A stretch of DNA of 64,000 bases from Bacteroidales bacterium (GTDB taxonomy: Bacteria; Bacteroidota; Bacteroidia; Bacteroidales; UBA3824): NCBI GenBank assembly GCA_016293845.1, contig JAEDDH010000004.1, forward strand, positions 142,084 through 206,083. The letters run 5' to 3'. Below, in pieces: positions 32,601-43,306 of this stretch (position 1 is its first letter; each line of letters opens with the position of its first letter). The notes under the pieces are model-generated. The model was not told the origin of the DNA. It did no database searches and saw only the letters and a list, made by a program, of their open reading frames with translations. The translations under genes and the position numbers were made by a program.

Positions 32601-33286
32601 TGAAAAAAATATTTTTCTATATTATCATTGTAACGCTCAGTATACTACCAAATATTACAAAGGCGCAAACATTCGACTATCAGAACATTCTGAAGTTTGC
32701 CCACTATGTATATTGGCCGGAGCTCCAACAAGGCACAGGTCTTAGACTTGCCATATCTAAAAAACTTGTAGAACTACTCAGCGGCAAAATGTGGGTAGAA
32801 AGCGAAGAAGGCAAAGGCAGCACATTCTTCTTTACCCTTCCTTACGACCCCGAGCTCAACACAGCCGACAAATACGGAGCATCAGGCTCGTCGGACGATG
32901 CCGAAGTTACCCTCAATGGTAAAAAAATAATGGTGGCCGAAGACGAAGAAATAAACCGTATGCTAATGAACGAAATTCTTGCCGAAACAGGCGCAGAGAT
33001 AATTTGGGCAGAAGACGGCGGACAAGCTGTGGAAATAGCAAACAGCAGAACAGACATCGACCTGATACTCATGGATATAAAGAAGCCTGTGATGGACGGT
33101 TACGAAGCCACACGTGCCATTCGTGAGTTCAACAAAGATATTATTATTATAGCGCAAACCGCCTACGCCCTTAGCGACGAAAAAGAAAAAACCATTAAGG
33201 CAGGTTGCAACTACTATCTTACCAAACCGCTCAACATCAGCCTTTTGATGAAAGTGCTTGGCGGATTCTTAAAAAAGAAGAGTTGA
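32600..33286 (+). CDS. Chimeric ORF: signal peptide/YfiR(DUF4154)-like N-terminus joined to the last ~40 aa of an HATPase_c domain plus an intact receiver (REC) domain
   Basis: [23 protein letters not shown]...[15 protein letters not shown] looks like the start of a YfiR/DUF4154 protein. From about nt 32730 it continues as [38 protein letters not shown], the G2 box to the end of a histidine-kinase ATPase. REC follows (MVAEDEE...[13 protein letters not shown]...YLTKP). No HisKA, N-box or G1-box is present. Confidence 0.6.
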   Translation: MKKIFFYIIIVTLSILPNITKAQTFDYQNILKFAHYVYWPELQQGTGLRLAISKKLVELLSGKMWVESEEGKGSTFFFTLPYDPELNTADKYGASGSSDDAEVTLNGKKIMVAEDEEINRMLMNEILAETGAEIIWAEDGGQAVEIANSRTDIDLILMDIKKPVMDGYEATRAIREFNKDIIIIAQTAYALSDEKEKTIKAGCNYYLTKPLNISLLMKVLGGFLKKKS

Positions 33287-36200
33287 GCAAGACAGATATA
33301 TTTGTAGGACGCGAAAAAGAACTCCACCGTATGCACAACCTCTACGAGCAGGTGTGCAACGGTAAGGGGCAAATTGTGCTCATAGGTGGCAAATCGGGAT
33401 GCGGCAAATCGGCTTTGGCAAAAATGTTTGCACAGAAAACCGCCGCGGTTTCTATGTGCACCACTATATCGTTCAAATGCCGTTGTGCAAGCGAGGCATT
33501 ATCGTATGGTATGCTTTACCACACACTTACGCAGCATAAGCCATCCAAAGAGCAGCGCGACAGCTTTGCTAAGTATTCGCCCGACGAAGCTGCAGACTTT
33601 TTTTTCAAATATCTGCAAGATAGTTCGTCAGAGAATCCAACAATAATCATCGCCGACGATTTTCAACACTGCAATCCCGACATTTACAATATGATATACG
33701 CTCTTGCACAGCATATTGTAAGCAATAATTGCAAAATAATGGCTGTGGTGGCGTACAATATGGCAGATCAGGTTATCAAGGCAGACCCACTCATCAACCG
33801 CATCTCGCGCGACCTGTTTCCAATAAAAATAGGCAGCATCACCCAAGCATGGAAAACAGGAGGATTTTGCGAACTCGTTCCCGAGCCGTTGAAACTATCT
33901 GACACAGCCGACATGATATCCACAATGTTTACTGGCAACGAGTTTCCGTCAGACACTGCCAACATAATTCATTCTGTTACACAGGGCAATCCCGCATTTC
34001 TTACAGGTTTGCTCAAATATATGCAGCAAAACGGCGACATCAAGCAAATAGACGGCAGATGGATAATTGATAATCTGAACTTCTATTCAAACGCTAATCA
34101 TTTGCAAGACGTTTTGCCTAAGCCTATTGCACATTCAAAATACCGTTACACCGCCATCAAGGAAAACGGAATTGGCAATCCAAAAGAATTGTTAGACAAG
34201 ACGATAGCAGCAGTACAAAAGCCATCAATGCCCGAGGCTGTGAAACTCGCCGACAAAACTTGGAATGCTTTAGCTCATTACCGCTCGTCGGAAGCCGTTT
34301 GGGAATACCGCGCCACCTCATTACAAGCCAAATACCTTGCCCTATCATGGCTCGGATATCACAAAGAGGCTCTCGAATGTGGAACGGCATTGCTCGGCTG
34401 TTCAAAAAAATTAGACAACAAATACTACTTAGTGGCAGGCTATTACTTTGTAGGTCAAGAATATCTGTACCTTTCAGATCACGACAAGGCTATAAAATAC
34501 ATACAAAAAGCAATCGACTATCTTAAAGAAAACCCAAAACATCCCGCATTAGCCGACTGCTACTATGCTTTGGGCAAGGTGTACCTCACCCGAAACAACC
34601 ATACTTCTACAGACTATTTTTTGAATCTCGCGCTCAAAGGTTTCACCGAAAAAAAAGACGAAGACAAGCTTGCTCTGGTGAAAATAGACCTTGCCACGCA
34701 CAAACGTTCTGGCAAAGACAATGCAAGTGCATATTTGCTGCTCAAGGAGGTGATAGACTATTGCACCAAAGCCGTTAAGCCGCACATTCTTGCCAAGGCG
34801 TATATCAACCTCGGACTATCTTACGACAACGACAACCGTTTTGCCGAAGCAAAAAAATACTACACAGAGGCTCTCAGGCTATGTTTCCACACTGGCGACC
34901 GCATCAACCTTGCCAACTGCTACAACAATATGGGTCTGTCGAAAAACTCTCAGAGCAAATTTACAGAAGCGTTGGCATACTTTCACAAAGCATTGGAAAT
35001 CGACCGTATGCTTGGCAATACTGCCAAGATATCAATAAGTTACAACAACATAGGTCTTGCGCTGCTCAACAACGGCGACATCAACGGTGCCGAAAAATAT
35101 TTCAACGCCGCATTAGAAAATGATTCAAATGCGCCCAATAAGTATGGCATTGCATTAACATACAGCAATTTAGGTGCACTATATTCGCAAAAATCCGACA
35201 CCGAGAATGCTCTTCGTTACTACAAATTAGCCCTCAAAGAAGACCACGCCAACAACTATATTGAAGGAATGATAGCCGACTACAACGCTATTGGCAACAT
35301 TCATTACGGCAACGAAAATATAGAAGAAGCAATACAGTGCTTCAACAAATCGCTTGAACTGTCGCAGCAAAGCAACGACGAAGCTGCTCTTGCTGCTGTA
35401 TGCAACAATATTGGAAACATATATTTTGCTCAAAAAGACAACGAAAACGCCACACAGTATTACACCGAGGCACTCAACATAAACACTCGCATCGGCTACA
35501 ACGCCGCCGCTGCGCTCAACTACTCTAACCTCGCCAACATCTACGAAGAGCAAAACAATGCCGCACGTGCCGAAACCTATTACGACCAAGCCATTGAATT
35601 ATATCACAAAGCGAAACTCAAGGATCAAGAAGCCTACAATCTGAGTTCGCTTGCTATGCTCTATTATCGCAACAACAAATACAACAAAGCCAAAGTTACA
35701 TACCTTCACGCCGCCAAACTATACAAAAACATCAACAACACAAAGGAATACATCCGCATGATTACCTTTGCCGGCGACTCTATGCGTATGCTATCCGAAT
35801 ACAAAGAAGCTCAAAAACTTGTAGAAGAAGCAATAGAGTTGAGCCGAAATTTAGGCGACACCCACTCCGAGGCTCTTGCCGATGGCACTATGGCTTGTTT
35901 GTATACCGAAATGTACGAATATGAATGTGCCGTAGATTATTACAAAAAGGCAATAGAACTATACCGAAACGACAACGACCTTGAAATGTACGCTGATATG
36001 CTGTCGGCACTTGCCTACCTACACAACGACAACGGAAACACTGACGAGGCTCTGTTATGTCAGCATCAGGTAATCGACACCTACCGACAAATTGGCAACA
36101 CCGAACTGTTAGCGGCTTCGTATGCCGAAATGGGCTTGTTTTACGAAGAAAACAACTACGAACAGTCGGCGGAAAACTACATATTGTCGGCACAACATTA

Positions 36201-37692
36201 CAACATAGCCGACAAACCCGGACGACAAGCCGACGCACTTATACACGCTGCCAACGCGCTTATGCACACACAAAACCGTGGCAAAGGGTACGAATGTCTC
36301 ACCACGGCTGTGGATATTCTGCAAAAGATGAAGCAAGAGCACGGCGAAGAAGTGTCAGAATCCGACATCAACGACAAACTTGTTCAGGCATTCACCGCCA
36401 TTGCCGACTACTTTTTTGAAATCAAAGATTATTTTGCGGCGGTGGCAAATTACACCACAGCATTAGATATCAGCTCAAAGACAGAATCGCACACACGCAC
36501 CGCCTACATCTGCAACAATATCGGATATACTTACGATACAATAGGCTACTTTAATCGCGCTCTCGAATACTACAACAAGGCGTGTCAAGAATACGACCAA
36601 GAAGAATTTAAAAGCGAAGGTCTTTTCAACAACCTTAAAAACGTGGCTCTTATGTACGAGCGTTTAGGCAACGACCAAAAAACTACAGAGTATTACCGCA
36701 AGGCTTTCGACACTTTTGAAAACAAATTTCACATAGATATTTCCGCACTTGCTGGCTGCGCTCTTTCGGCTGCCAACGCTATTTTTAATTCAAATGGCGA
36801 CATCGAAACTGCCACACAATACTATCAAAAGGCACTTCACCTTTACAAAAAAGACGACAACAACAAAGGAATCATCAATACATTGCTTAGCAGAGCGATT
36901 TCCAACGCTATTGGAAATCGCAACAGTGAAGCCTTATCGCTTGCAAGTCAGATTATGCGCATATTTGACATTGCTTCTGACATCGAAACCAAATGCAATG
37001 CACTCCGCGCTGTGGCTCAGATACATATCAAACTCGGAAACTTAAACGATGCGGTAAAATATTATCAACAGGCATTAGACATACTGTTTGCCCGTGACCT
37101 TTGGGATGCAGCCGCACACCAATATTATAACATGGCAACGCTTTTTGCCGAACACTGTGGCAAGATGGCGGCTACTATCGATTTCAACGGTAGCACGCTA
37201 ACTATCTACAATTTCATTTCTAAATTGATGTCAAATGCTGTGGAACTCGCCAAAACCGAAAAAGACATCGAACTTGAAATACAGGTGCTTTCGTCGCAAG
37301 CAAGGTATAATGTGCAGTGCAACGAAAAAAATCTCGGACTTGAATATATGACCAAGGCAGTGGAAGTGGCAGGTGGTACTGGCGACCCCGAAACCGAAGC
37401 CGCTACCCTATTAGAAATGGCCGACTTTCTTATGCACTACTATAGACACTTTGACGGAGCCGAGCAATGCATCAACCGTGCTATTTATAATTTAGAACCT
37501 TTAGGAAATTATCATATTAACTTAGCGTTGGCCCGTGTACTTAAATTCGTAGCGCTTGTTTTTCAACAAAAATACGACGAGGCTGGCAGTATATTCAAAT
37601 TATATTCACAACTATTTGCAGGTTACATAAAAAACATACCCATGCTACTACCTGCACTACAAGAGTTTCACAACAATTACAGCCCTAAATAG
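33283..37692 (+). CDS. STAND-like P-loop NTPase (AAA_16-type) followed by ~1200 aa of TPR repeats
   Basis: FVGREKEL...[18 protein letters not shown] (Walker A) and IIIADDFQH (Walker B) are present. TPR-type repeats then run to the C-terminus. There is no ATG upstream of the FVGRE motif. Candidate starts are TTG 33283 (TTGA overlap with the REC stop) and TTG 33205, so the start is uncertain. Confidence 0.8.
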   Translation: MSKTDIFVGREKELHRMHNLYEQVCNGKGQIVLIGGKSGCGKSALAKMFAQKTAAVSMCTTISFKCRCASEALSYGMLYHTLTQHKPSKEQRDSFAKYSPDEAADFFFKYLQDSSSENPTIIIADDFQHCNPDIYNMIYALAQHIVSNNCKIMAVVAYNMADQVIKADPLINRISRDLFPIKIGSITQAWKTGGFCELVPEPLKLSDTADMISTMFTGNEFPSDTANIIHSVTQGNPAFLTGLLKYMQQNGDIKQIDGRWIIDNLNFYSNANHLQDVLPKPIAHSKYRYTAIKENGIGNPKELLDKTIAAVQKPSMPEAVKLADKTWNALAHYRSSEAVWEYRATSLQAKYLALSWLGYHKEALECGTALLGCSKKLDNKYYLVAGYYFVGQEYLYLSDHDKAIKYIQKAIDYLKENPKHPALADCYYALGKVYLTRNNHTSTDYFLNLALKGFTEKKDEDKLALVKIDLATHKRSGKDNASAYLLLKEVIDYCTKAVKPHILAKAYINLGLSYDNDNRFAEAKKYYTEALRLCFHTGDRINLANCYNNMGLSKNSQSKFTEALAYFHKALEIDRMLGNTAKISISYNNIGLALLNNGDINGAEKYFNAALENDSNAPNKYGIALTYSNLGALYSQKSDTENALRYYKLALKEDHANNYIEGMIADYNAIGNIHYGNENIEEAIQCFNKSLELSQQSNDEAALAAVCNNIGNIYFAQKDNENATQYYTEALNINTRIGYNAAAALNYSNLANIYEEQNNAARAETYYDQAIELYHKAKLKDQEAYNLSSLAMLYYRNNKYNKAKVTYLHAAKLYKNINNTKEYIRMITFAGDSMRMLSEYKEAQKLVEEAIELSRNLGDTHSEALADGTMACLYTEMYEYECAVDYYKKAIELYRNDNDLEMYADMLSALAYLHNDNGNTDEALLCQHQVIDTYRQIGNTELLAASYAEMGLFYEENNYEQSAENYILSAQHYNIADKPGRQADALIHAANALMHTQNRGKGYECLTTAVDILQKMKQEHGEEVSESDINDKLVQAFTAIADYFFEIKDYFAAVANYTTALDISSKTESHTRTAYICNNIGYTYDTIGYFNRALEYYNKACQEYDQEEFKSEGLFNNLKNVALMYERLGNDQKTTEYYRKAFDTFENKFHIDISALAGCALSAANAIFNSNGDIETATQYYQKALHLYKKDDNNKGIINTLLSRAISNAIGNRNSEALSLASQIMRIFDIASDIETKCNALRAVAQIHIKLGNLNDAVKYYQQALDILFARDLWDAAAHQYYNMATLFAEHCGKMAATIDFNGSTLTIYNFISKLMSNAVELAKTEKDIELEIQVLSSQARYNVQCNEKNLGLEYMTKAVEVAGGTGDPETEAATLLEMADFLMHYYRHFDGAEQCINRAIYNLEPLGNYHINLALARVLKFVALVFQQKYDEAGSIFKLYSQLFAGYIKNIPMLLPALQEFHNNYSPK

Positions 37693-38308
37693 TTTGCAAT
37701 ATCATCGCACCAAGTTGATCTGCTGAGTCTGCCACATTGTTGTTTGATGCTAACAATGCTTCGCGTGAATTAAATCCCCACGACACCGAAATAATATCCA
37801 AACCCACTTTGCGGCAGGCCTCAATATCACGTATTTCGTCGCCGACATATAATATAAAGGTGTAGTTTCTATGTAAAAATCTTACTGCACGCCTTAGAGC
37901 ACGGCTTTTGCCAAACAATGGAACGTTGGTCTTAATATAGCAAAAATAGCTATCTAACGCATTATTAGTTAAAAACTTACCAACAGTTTCGGCAGAATTT
38001 GTGGATAATATACCCACATCGCAATGCTGCGAAAGTTGCCGCACCATTTCTACCACTCCATTAAAAGGTTTAATTTCATCGGCACGTTTGGAAGACTCTC
38101 TGCGAAAGAATCGCACAAGGCGTGGTATCTGCCACCATTTTACACCCGAAAGTTTTACCAACTGACGTGCCGAATGGTCTTTGTGCTTGGCAAAATCTAT
38201 CTTACTATAGCCAAATTGTTCGGCAAACTGGTTGATAAGTCTTGCCCCCGACTCAAAAGTATCGGCAAGAGTGCCATCAAAATCAAACAAAACAATAGAA
38301 GACTGCAT
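37685..38308 (-). CDS. HAD-superfamily hydrolase (phosphoglycolate-phosphatase-like)
   Basis: Motif I is VLFDFDGTLADT, with ILSTNS and a late VGDEIRD motif. Start set to ATG 38308 (MQSSIVLFDFDG), 1 nt after the stop of the upstream gene. Confidence 0.8.
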   Translation of the reverse strand: MQSSIVLFDFDGTLADTFESGARLINQFAEQFGYSKIDFAKHKDHSARQLVKLSGVKWWQIPRLVRFFRRESSKRADEIKPFNGVVEMVRQLSQHCDVGILSTNSAETVGKFLTNNALDSYFCYIKTNVPLFGKSRALRRAVRFLHRNYTFILYVGDEIRDIEACRKVGLDIISVSWGFNSREALLASNNNVADSADQLGAMILQTI

Positions 38309-38309
38309 A

Positions 38310-40952
38310 TTAAATAGCACTTCGCGACACAGTTTCGGTGGCGGTTCCGTTTGCAAAAATAATGTCTACATCCTCGTTGAAATTGCCAATGGCTATCATA
38401 TTGCCCACGTTGCTCATAGTTATAAGTTTTGGGAAATACATCATAAAAATCTCGCGACCTTTTTCGGATGTAGAAGAATTGTAAAATCTAAGTTTGCGGT
38501 CGGCACCGAGCACCGAAAAGAATTGCGAATCGCTGCTAATCTTGATGTCGATAACTTCGCAGTCGATATTAAATTCGGCAACAGGTATCGGTATCTGAGG
38601 ATTATACACACACACACGACCATCTTTGAATCCATAAATAAGCCTTGTGGCATCAGAGTTTACCGACATCGACTTGATTTCTGACGAGCTTTCGATGCCG
38701 AGTTTAAAAATCTCCGATAGAGCGTTGATACGGTAAATCTTCAAGTTGTGAAAATAGTCGTAGCCAGCCACATACTGCATATCACGCGAAACCGACATCA
38801 GCCTAAAGTCGGCAATAGCCTTGTTGATCACCTTGGTTCTGATGTCAACCTTATAGAGCGAAAAGTTGTCGCTTACAAAGAGGGTCTCGTTGTTAAACGG
38901 GTGGAAAAACATCTTTTTGATAGTGCCGGTGTAGTTTATAATATCGGAGAAAAGGCTGAAACCACCTGTAGATACGTTCATTACACGCAAGAAACTCTGT
39001 CCGCCCACAGCCATAAATTTATTGTTGCGGCTAAATGCCATAGCAGTGGCGTTAACATCTTGTTTATGAATAGTTTCCCACGATGAAGTATCAAATACAC
39101 GAAGTTTTCGGCTCTGATCGGCAATAGCGATATACTCATCGTTGAAACTGAAGCATATATCTGTAACACCCTCATGCGCTATCTTGATATTTCGTGTATT
39201 GAATCCTTTAAACTGATTGTCAGCGTTTTTGCCCTCGTCTTGTTTTTGTTTTATAATCATAACACGGGCAGTTTGATTGCCAAGCGAAGCCGACTGTTGC
39301 AAATATTCGTTGTAGCCCGATTTGTCGCCAATTTTTTCGTACACTCCGGCAAGGGTAAGCAATACGTCTTCGGGATGGGCAATCTTGTGCGAAATTGCAT
39401 ATTTGAAATACTCAATTGCCTTGGGATAACGGCTAAGCATAAGGCTTGCCACAGCCGCATTGTAATAAGCGTCTGGATTATCGGGATTCAATTTGATAAC
39501 GGTTTCGCAGTCTTCGATGGCGAGTTCCAACTTGCCGAGATTGCCGTATGCAGTGCTTCGACGGAGATAAGCAAGTTGGAAAGTTGGGTCGATGGCAATC
39601 ACCTTGTTGCAACAGTCGAGCAAAAAATCCCATTTTTCAAGATTGTGGCATTCGTTCATCTTAGCCACAAGTTCCACAATATTTTTTTTCTCCACAGAAC
39701 GGGGATCAGAAAACACAGGTTCGGGAGCAGGTTGCGGCTCAGGCTCAGAAGCGGGTTCTGGAGTAGGCTCAGGAGCGGGTTGAGGCTCAAGTTCGGGTTC
39801 AGGATCGGGCAACGGCTCGTCGATAGTGTTCATAAAGTGGGGATTTGGATTCTCTCCGGAGTCGGTAATTTCGGGGGTTTCTTGCTGGATTTCCATTTCT
39901 GATGATGTTTCTTCTATTGTATCGATTTCTTCTTCGGTTTTTGAATCTTCATCTTGATTTGTGATTTCTTCGGGCTCTGGTTCCTCCATGGGTTCAGGAA
40001 TTCCGAGATAGTTTTCGCGGTAACGCTCTTGGCGGAGTTGTAAGCAGCGGTCGTAGGTCCACATATCCAAAGGCTGAATATTGTCCACTGTATTGAACTT
40101 TTGCAGCACGGTGTCGTCGCCAATAATTTCGTAAATAGTCTGAGCAATATATTTGCAGCAACTAATAGGCTGTTTTACAATTTGTTCCTCGGCAAAACGG
40201 ACAATAAACCATCCAGCCTTTTCAAAAAAAGTATCGTGTTCTTGCTTAGAAAACTCGCAGCTATCCTTCTTCACAAATGTAGTGGGTTCGCCCGACTCCA
40301 TATCATAAGGAGAATCAATTTCTACATCAATATAAAGTTTTTTGTCGGAAACCGAAACAATATAAGTAGGCACAAAACCTTTACTATCAAGACTTTGCAA
40401 AATAGTGTAATTAATAAGCACCTTGTCGGGAAAATATTCGTTGAGTATTTTGTAAAAATCATCGTTGCACCCAACGCCACATTCGTCGGCAGGTTTCAGT
40501 TGACAATTGGTAAACTGCAAAGCGTCAGCAACTTTAACACTACGAAAACGGGCAAGAGAAGCACGGTCGTTGTTTTGACGGTTGGCCTCATCAATGGCGG
40601 CAAGTTCGTCGTTGTAACCACGCATCAGGTATTCGTAGTTGGCAAGCGCCTTTTGATTCGAAAGTTTTTTCAACCGGTTGAGAATGCAGTCGTATACAGC
40701 CAAACCAACAGAAGCCACCAAAAAAACAGTGAGCAAAGCTGTTAGCCAAGTGAAAGCAGGCAGAGGGCAAAACTTGTATCCTGCCACTAATCCTACAGCC
40801 ACTGCGGATAATACAAATCCTGTGTAACGCATTTTGGCAAGCGTTGGACGTTGGGGCATTATGGGTGAAACGGGCACGGGGATACGACTGTCCTGCGCCT
40901 CTAAAATATTACGCGGAATTATACTTGCTGGATATTGAGTGTAATTGTACAT
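38310..40952 (-). CDS. Large membrane-anchored protein: 2 TM, restriction-endonuclease-fold-like domain, Pro/Glu-rich linker, TPR repeats, WD40-like beta-propeller
   Basis: Two TM helices lie near residues 45-95. LYIDVEIDSPY...DTFFEKAGWFIVRFAEEQI fits the DUF559/DUF2726-type pattern (hhhEhDG...D..L...GW.hhRF). The PEPEPELEPQPAPEPTPEPASEPEPQPAPEP linker is encoded at about 39700-39830. TPR-like repeats follow (AYLRRSTAYGNLGKLELAIEDCETVIKLNPDNPDAYYN). About 290 C-terminal residues have WD40-like periodicity. Domain calls are by eye. Confidence 0.6.
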   Translation of the reverse strand: MYNYTQYPASIIPRNILEAQDSRIPVPVSPIMPQRPTLAKMRYTGFVLSAVAVGLVAGYKFCPLPAFTWLTALLTVFLVASVGLAVYDCILNRLKKLSNQKALANYEYLMRGYNDELAAIDEANRQNNDRASLARFRSVKVADALQFTNCQLKPADECGVGCNDDFYKILNEYFPDKVLINYTILQSLDSKGFVPTYIVSVSDKKLYIDVEIDSPYDMESGEPTTFVKKDSCEFSKQEHDTFFEKAGWFIVRFAEEQIVKQPISCCKYIAQTIYEIIGDDTVLQKFNTVDNIQPLDMWTYDRCLQLRQERYRENYLGIPEPMEEPEPEEITNQDEDSKTEEEIDTIEETSSEMEIQQETPEITDSGENPNPHFMNTIDEPLPDPEPELEPQPAPEPTPEPASEPEPQPAPEPVFSDPRSVEKKNIVELVAKMNECHNLEKWDFLLDCCNKVIAIDPTFQLAYLRRSTAYGNLGKLELAIEDCETVIKLNPDNPDAYYNAAVASLMLSRYPKAIEYFKYAISHKIAHPEDVLLTLAGVYEKIGDKSGYNEYLQQSASLGNQTARVMIIKQKQDEGKNADNQFKGFNTRNIKIAHEGVTDICFSFNDEYIAIADQSRKLRVFDTSSWETIHKQDVNATAMAFSRNNKFMAVGGQSFLRVMNVSTGGFSLFSDIINYTGTIKKMFFHPFNNETLFVSDNFSLYKVDIRTKVINKAIADFRLMSVSRDMQYVAGYDYFHNLKIYRINALSEIFKLGIESSSEIKSMSVNSDATRLIYGFKDGRVCVYNPQIPIPVAEFNIDCEVIDIKISSDSQFFSVLGADRKLRFYNSSTSEKGREIFMMYFPKLITMSNVGNMIAIGNFNEDVDIIFANGTATETVSRSAI

Positions 40953-41030
40953 AACATAAAAATAATTTCTTTAGTAAAATTGTAAACATAATTTGTGCCA
41001 CGAGTTATTGGTAAAATCATTTTTTTAGTT

Positions 41031-41038
41031 TATCTTTG
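41031..41038 (+). promoter_or_regulatory. Bacteroidota -7 promoter box (TATCTTTG)
   Basis: Matches TAnnTTTG, 36 nt upstream of ATG 41075. Confidence 0.4.
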
Positions 41039-41074
41039 TTTTCGAAAATTGCATAACCTTTTAAACACCATTAT

Positions 41075-43294
41075 ATGAAAAAAGTACTTTTGGGAATGTT
41101 TATAACCCTCGGAGTGGTGGCACTCCTTGTAGGGGGTTTTATCGGATACCACAAACTATTCAGAAAGACTGTCAACATCAACGCTTTTTCAGCCGTGCCG
41201 AGCGATGCCGCATTCGTTATCGAAACCGAAAACCTATCCAAGGCGTGGTCTACTCTCAGCGGAAGCGCTCTGTGGCAATACCTTAAATCAACAGAATATT
41301 TTGCCGACATCAACGCAGATATCCAAACTGTGGACTGGTTTCTCAACAACAACAAAGCCGTTGACAAGATTCTCTCAGACCGAAAACTATTGGTTGTTGG
41401 CTGTATGCCCAACGACCGCAACTGGGATCTGGTATACCTCATCGACCTTCAAGAGTTTGCAGAATATTTCCCCGAAATCAAAGCGTCGCTAAAACTTGTA
41501 AAAGGTTTCAAATTTCTTGAATCACAGATTGAAACCAACGAAGGCAAATACAACATCTACACCCTCCGCGACATTGAAGACCCTACTTTCGACATCAATA
41601 TCTCATTAATAAACAACATCTTAGCCATAAGTCTCGACAAAAGTCTTGTAGAGCGTGTTATCCGTCACCACAATACTCAATTCTGGGACAACAACCTCAA
41701 TTTCAAGGTGGTAACCTCAGGACTCTCCAATAGAAAAATGTTCAAGGCGTATGTCAACTACAAACTTATCCCCAGACTTTACTCAATATACTCCACCGAC
41801 CCGAGTGATGTGATGGATATGCTCGGAGCATCGTTGGCATATACAGCCGCCGAAATCAACTTAGACAACGACCAAATACACTTAGACGGTTTCACAAGTC
41901 TCGACAGTGTATATTCATATATCAGGGCATTTTCAAATGTAACACCCGGCAAATCGCGTTCTTTTGAAATAATGTCTGACCAAACAGCATTGTATTTATC
42001 GTTGAATTTCAGCGACTTCATGCGTTTTTACTCCGCACTTATGGACGAATACGCCAAGGGCAACCCCGCCGAAGTAAAAACTATGGAAACTGATATCAAA
42101 ATAGTAGAAAAATTGCTTGGATTTAGTCTCAAAGATGATTTCTTAGGCTGGATAGGCTCCGAAATTGCTATTTGCAAACTCCGTCCGCTAAGCGAAAAAT
42201 CACGCGACATCGACGGTGTTGTGTTCGTAAACGCTTCCGACATCAAACGCGCCAAAGAATCTCTTGGTAAGATAGTTACGCATCTCAACCGACGCACACC
42301 TGTAAAATTCAAAATTGAGCCTTACCGCAATTTCGACATCCAATACCTCGGCATTAAGGGCATTTTCAAAATGTTCCTCGGTAAACTGTTCAAGGATATC
42401 GAAAAGCCATTCTTCACCTACATCGAAGACTACGTGGTGTTTGCCAATTCGCAAGAATCTATCCATCAGATAATCGACGACTATCTGCAAGGCCGCACTC
42501 TCAACAAAAACCCCAAGTTTGCCGACTTCAAAGACCAATTTGACATCAAGACAAACATTTCGCTCTTTGTGCAAACTCCCAAAATGTACGAAACCCTCCA
42601 CAAATACTCTCCCGCCGAAGACCGCAAGAGTTTGGAGGAGAATAAGAACCTTATTTGCTCATTTGCCCGCGTGGGTTTCCAATTGGTCAACGATGCAGGA
42701 CTTTTCCGCTCGTCGTTCGCCATCCAATACGACAGCACCGCAGCCGCAGCCGACTCGCTTCAAATGTTTGAATCATTAGCCGAAAACTCATTGGAAATGA
42801 AAGACTTAAATTCACTCGACTTTAAAGCCGCATTAACCGAAGATATGGATTTCGACGACGGAGCAGCCAAAATCAATTACGACAGCACCGAAAACATCCA
42901 CTACGAAGGCAATATCGAAGACGGTAGAATTGAAGGCATTTGGCGCACCTATTATCCATCGGGAAATCTCTATGCCACAGCCAATTATCACAAAGGAAAA
43001 CTCGACGGCATAGCATATTTCTATCACGACAACGCCCGTCAGGTAAAAATGGCCGAGGCAGAATACGATAGCGATGTTCTCGACGGCACTTACACCGAAT
43101 TTTATACCAACGGCAAGGTGAAAGCCCGCATAATGTACGAAGACGGCGTTCGTCACGGCGAAACCGTTTTCTTCTACGACAACGGCAACATAAAAATGCA
43201 AAGCAAATACAAAAAAGGCAAACGCAGCGGAAAATCAACCGTTTACGACCAAAATGGCAAAAAACTCGGTCGCCTTGATATTGACACCTATTAA
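41075..43294 (+). CDS. Membrane-anchored protein, DUF3352-like body with C-terminal MORN/YwqK-type repeats
   Basis: N-terminal TM anchor and a large region without motifs I can name (it resembles Bacteroidota DUF3352 proteins). The C-terminal ~130 aa hold repeated Y..G.....A.Y..GK.DG units (YYPSGNLYATANYHKGKLDG, FYTNGKVKARIMYEDGVRHG, FYDNGNIKMQSKYKKGKRSG). Confidence 0.55.
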   Translation: MKKVLLGMFITLGVVALLVGGFIGYHKLFRKTVNINAFSAVPSDAAFVIETENLSKAWSTLSGSALWQYLKSTEYFADINADIQTVDWFLNNNKAVDKILSDRKLLVVGCMPNDRNWDLVYLIDLQEFAEYFPEIKASLKLVKGFKFLESQIETNEGKYNIYTLRDIEDPTFDINISLINNILAISLDKSLVERVIRHHNTQFWDNNLNFKVVTSGLSNRKMFKAYVNYKLIPRLYSIYSTDPSDVMDMLGASLAYTAAEINLDNDQIHLDGFTSLDSVYSYIRAFSNVTPGKSRSFEIMSDQTALYLSLNFSDFMRFYSALMDEYAKGNPAEVKTMETDIKIVEKLLGFSLKDDFLGWIGSEIAICKLRPLSEKSRDIDGVVFVNASDIKRAKESLGKIVTHLNRRTPVKFKIEPYRNFDIQYLGIKGIFKMFLGKLFKDIEKPFFTYIEDYVVFANSQESIHQIIDDYLQGRTLNKNPKFADFKDQFDIKTNISLFVQTPKMYETLHKYSPAEDRKSLEENKNLICSFARVGFQLVNDAGLFRSSFAIQYDSTAAAADSLQMFESLAENSLEMKDLNSLDFKAALTEDMDFDDGAAKINYDSTENIHYEGNIEDGRIEGIWRTYYPSGNLYATANYHKGKLDGIAYFYHDNARQVKMAEAEYDSDVLDGTYTEFYTNGKVKARIMYEDGVRHGETVFFYDNGNIKMQSKYKKGKRSGKSTVYDQNGKKLGRLDIDTY

Positions 43295-43306
43295 TATATA
43301 GCAAAA

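Noticed and set aside
33205-33282. N-terminal extension of the STAND gene from TTG 33205
   Set aside because: The extension overlaps 82 nt of the REC ORF and has no recognisable sequence. I preferred TTG 33283 (TTGA coupling) or a frameshift fusion, but 33205 cannot be excluded.
39700-39830. Periodic GGCTCAGG/GGTTCGGG-type DNA repeats, considered as a tandem repeat or CRISPR-like array
   Set aside because: The periodicity is 6 nt, and on the minus strand it encodes the (Pro-Glu/Ala/Gln)n linker of the 880-aa protein. It is coding low complexity, not a spacer-repeat array.
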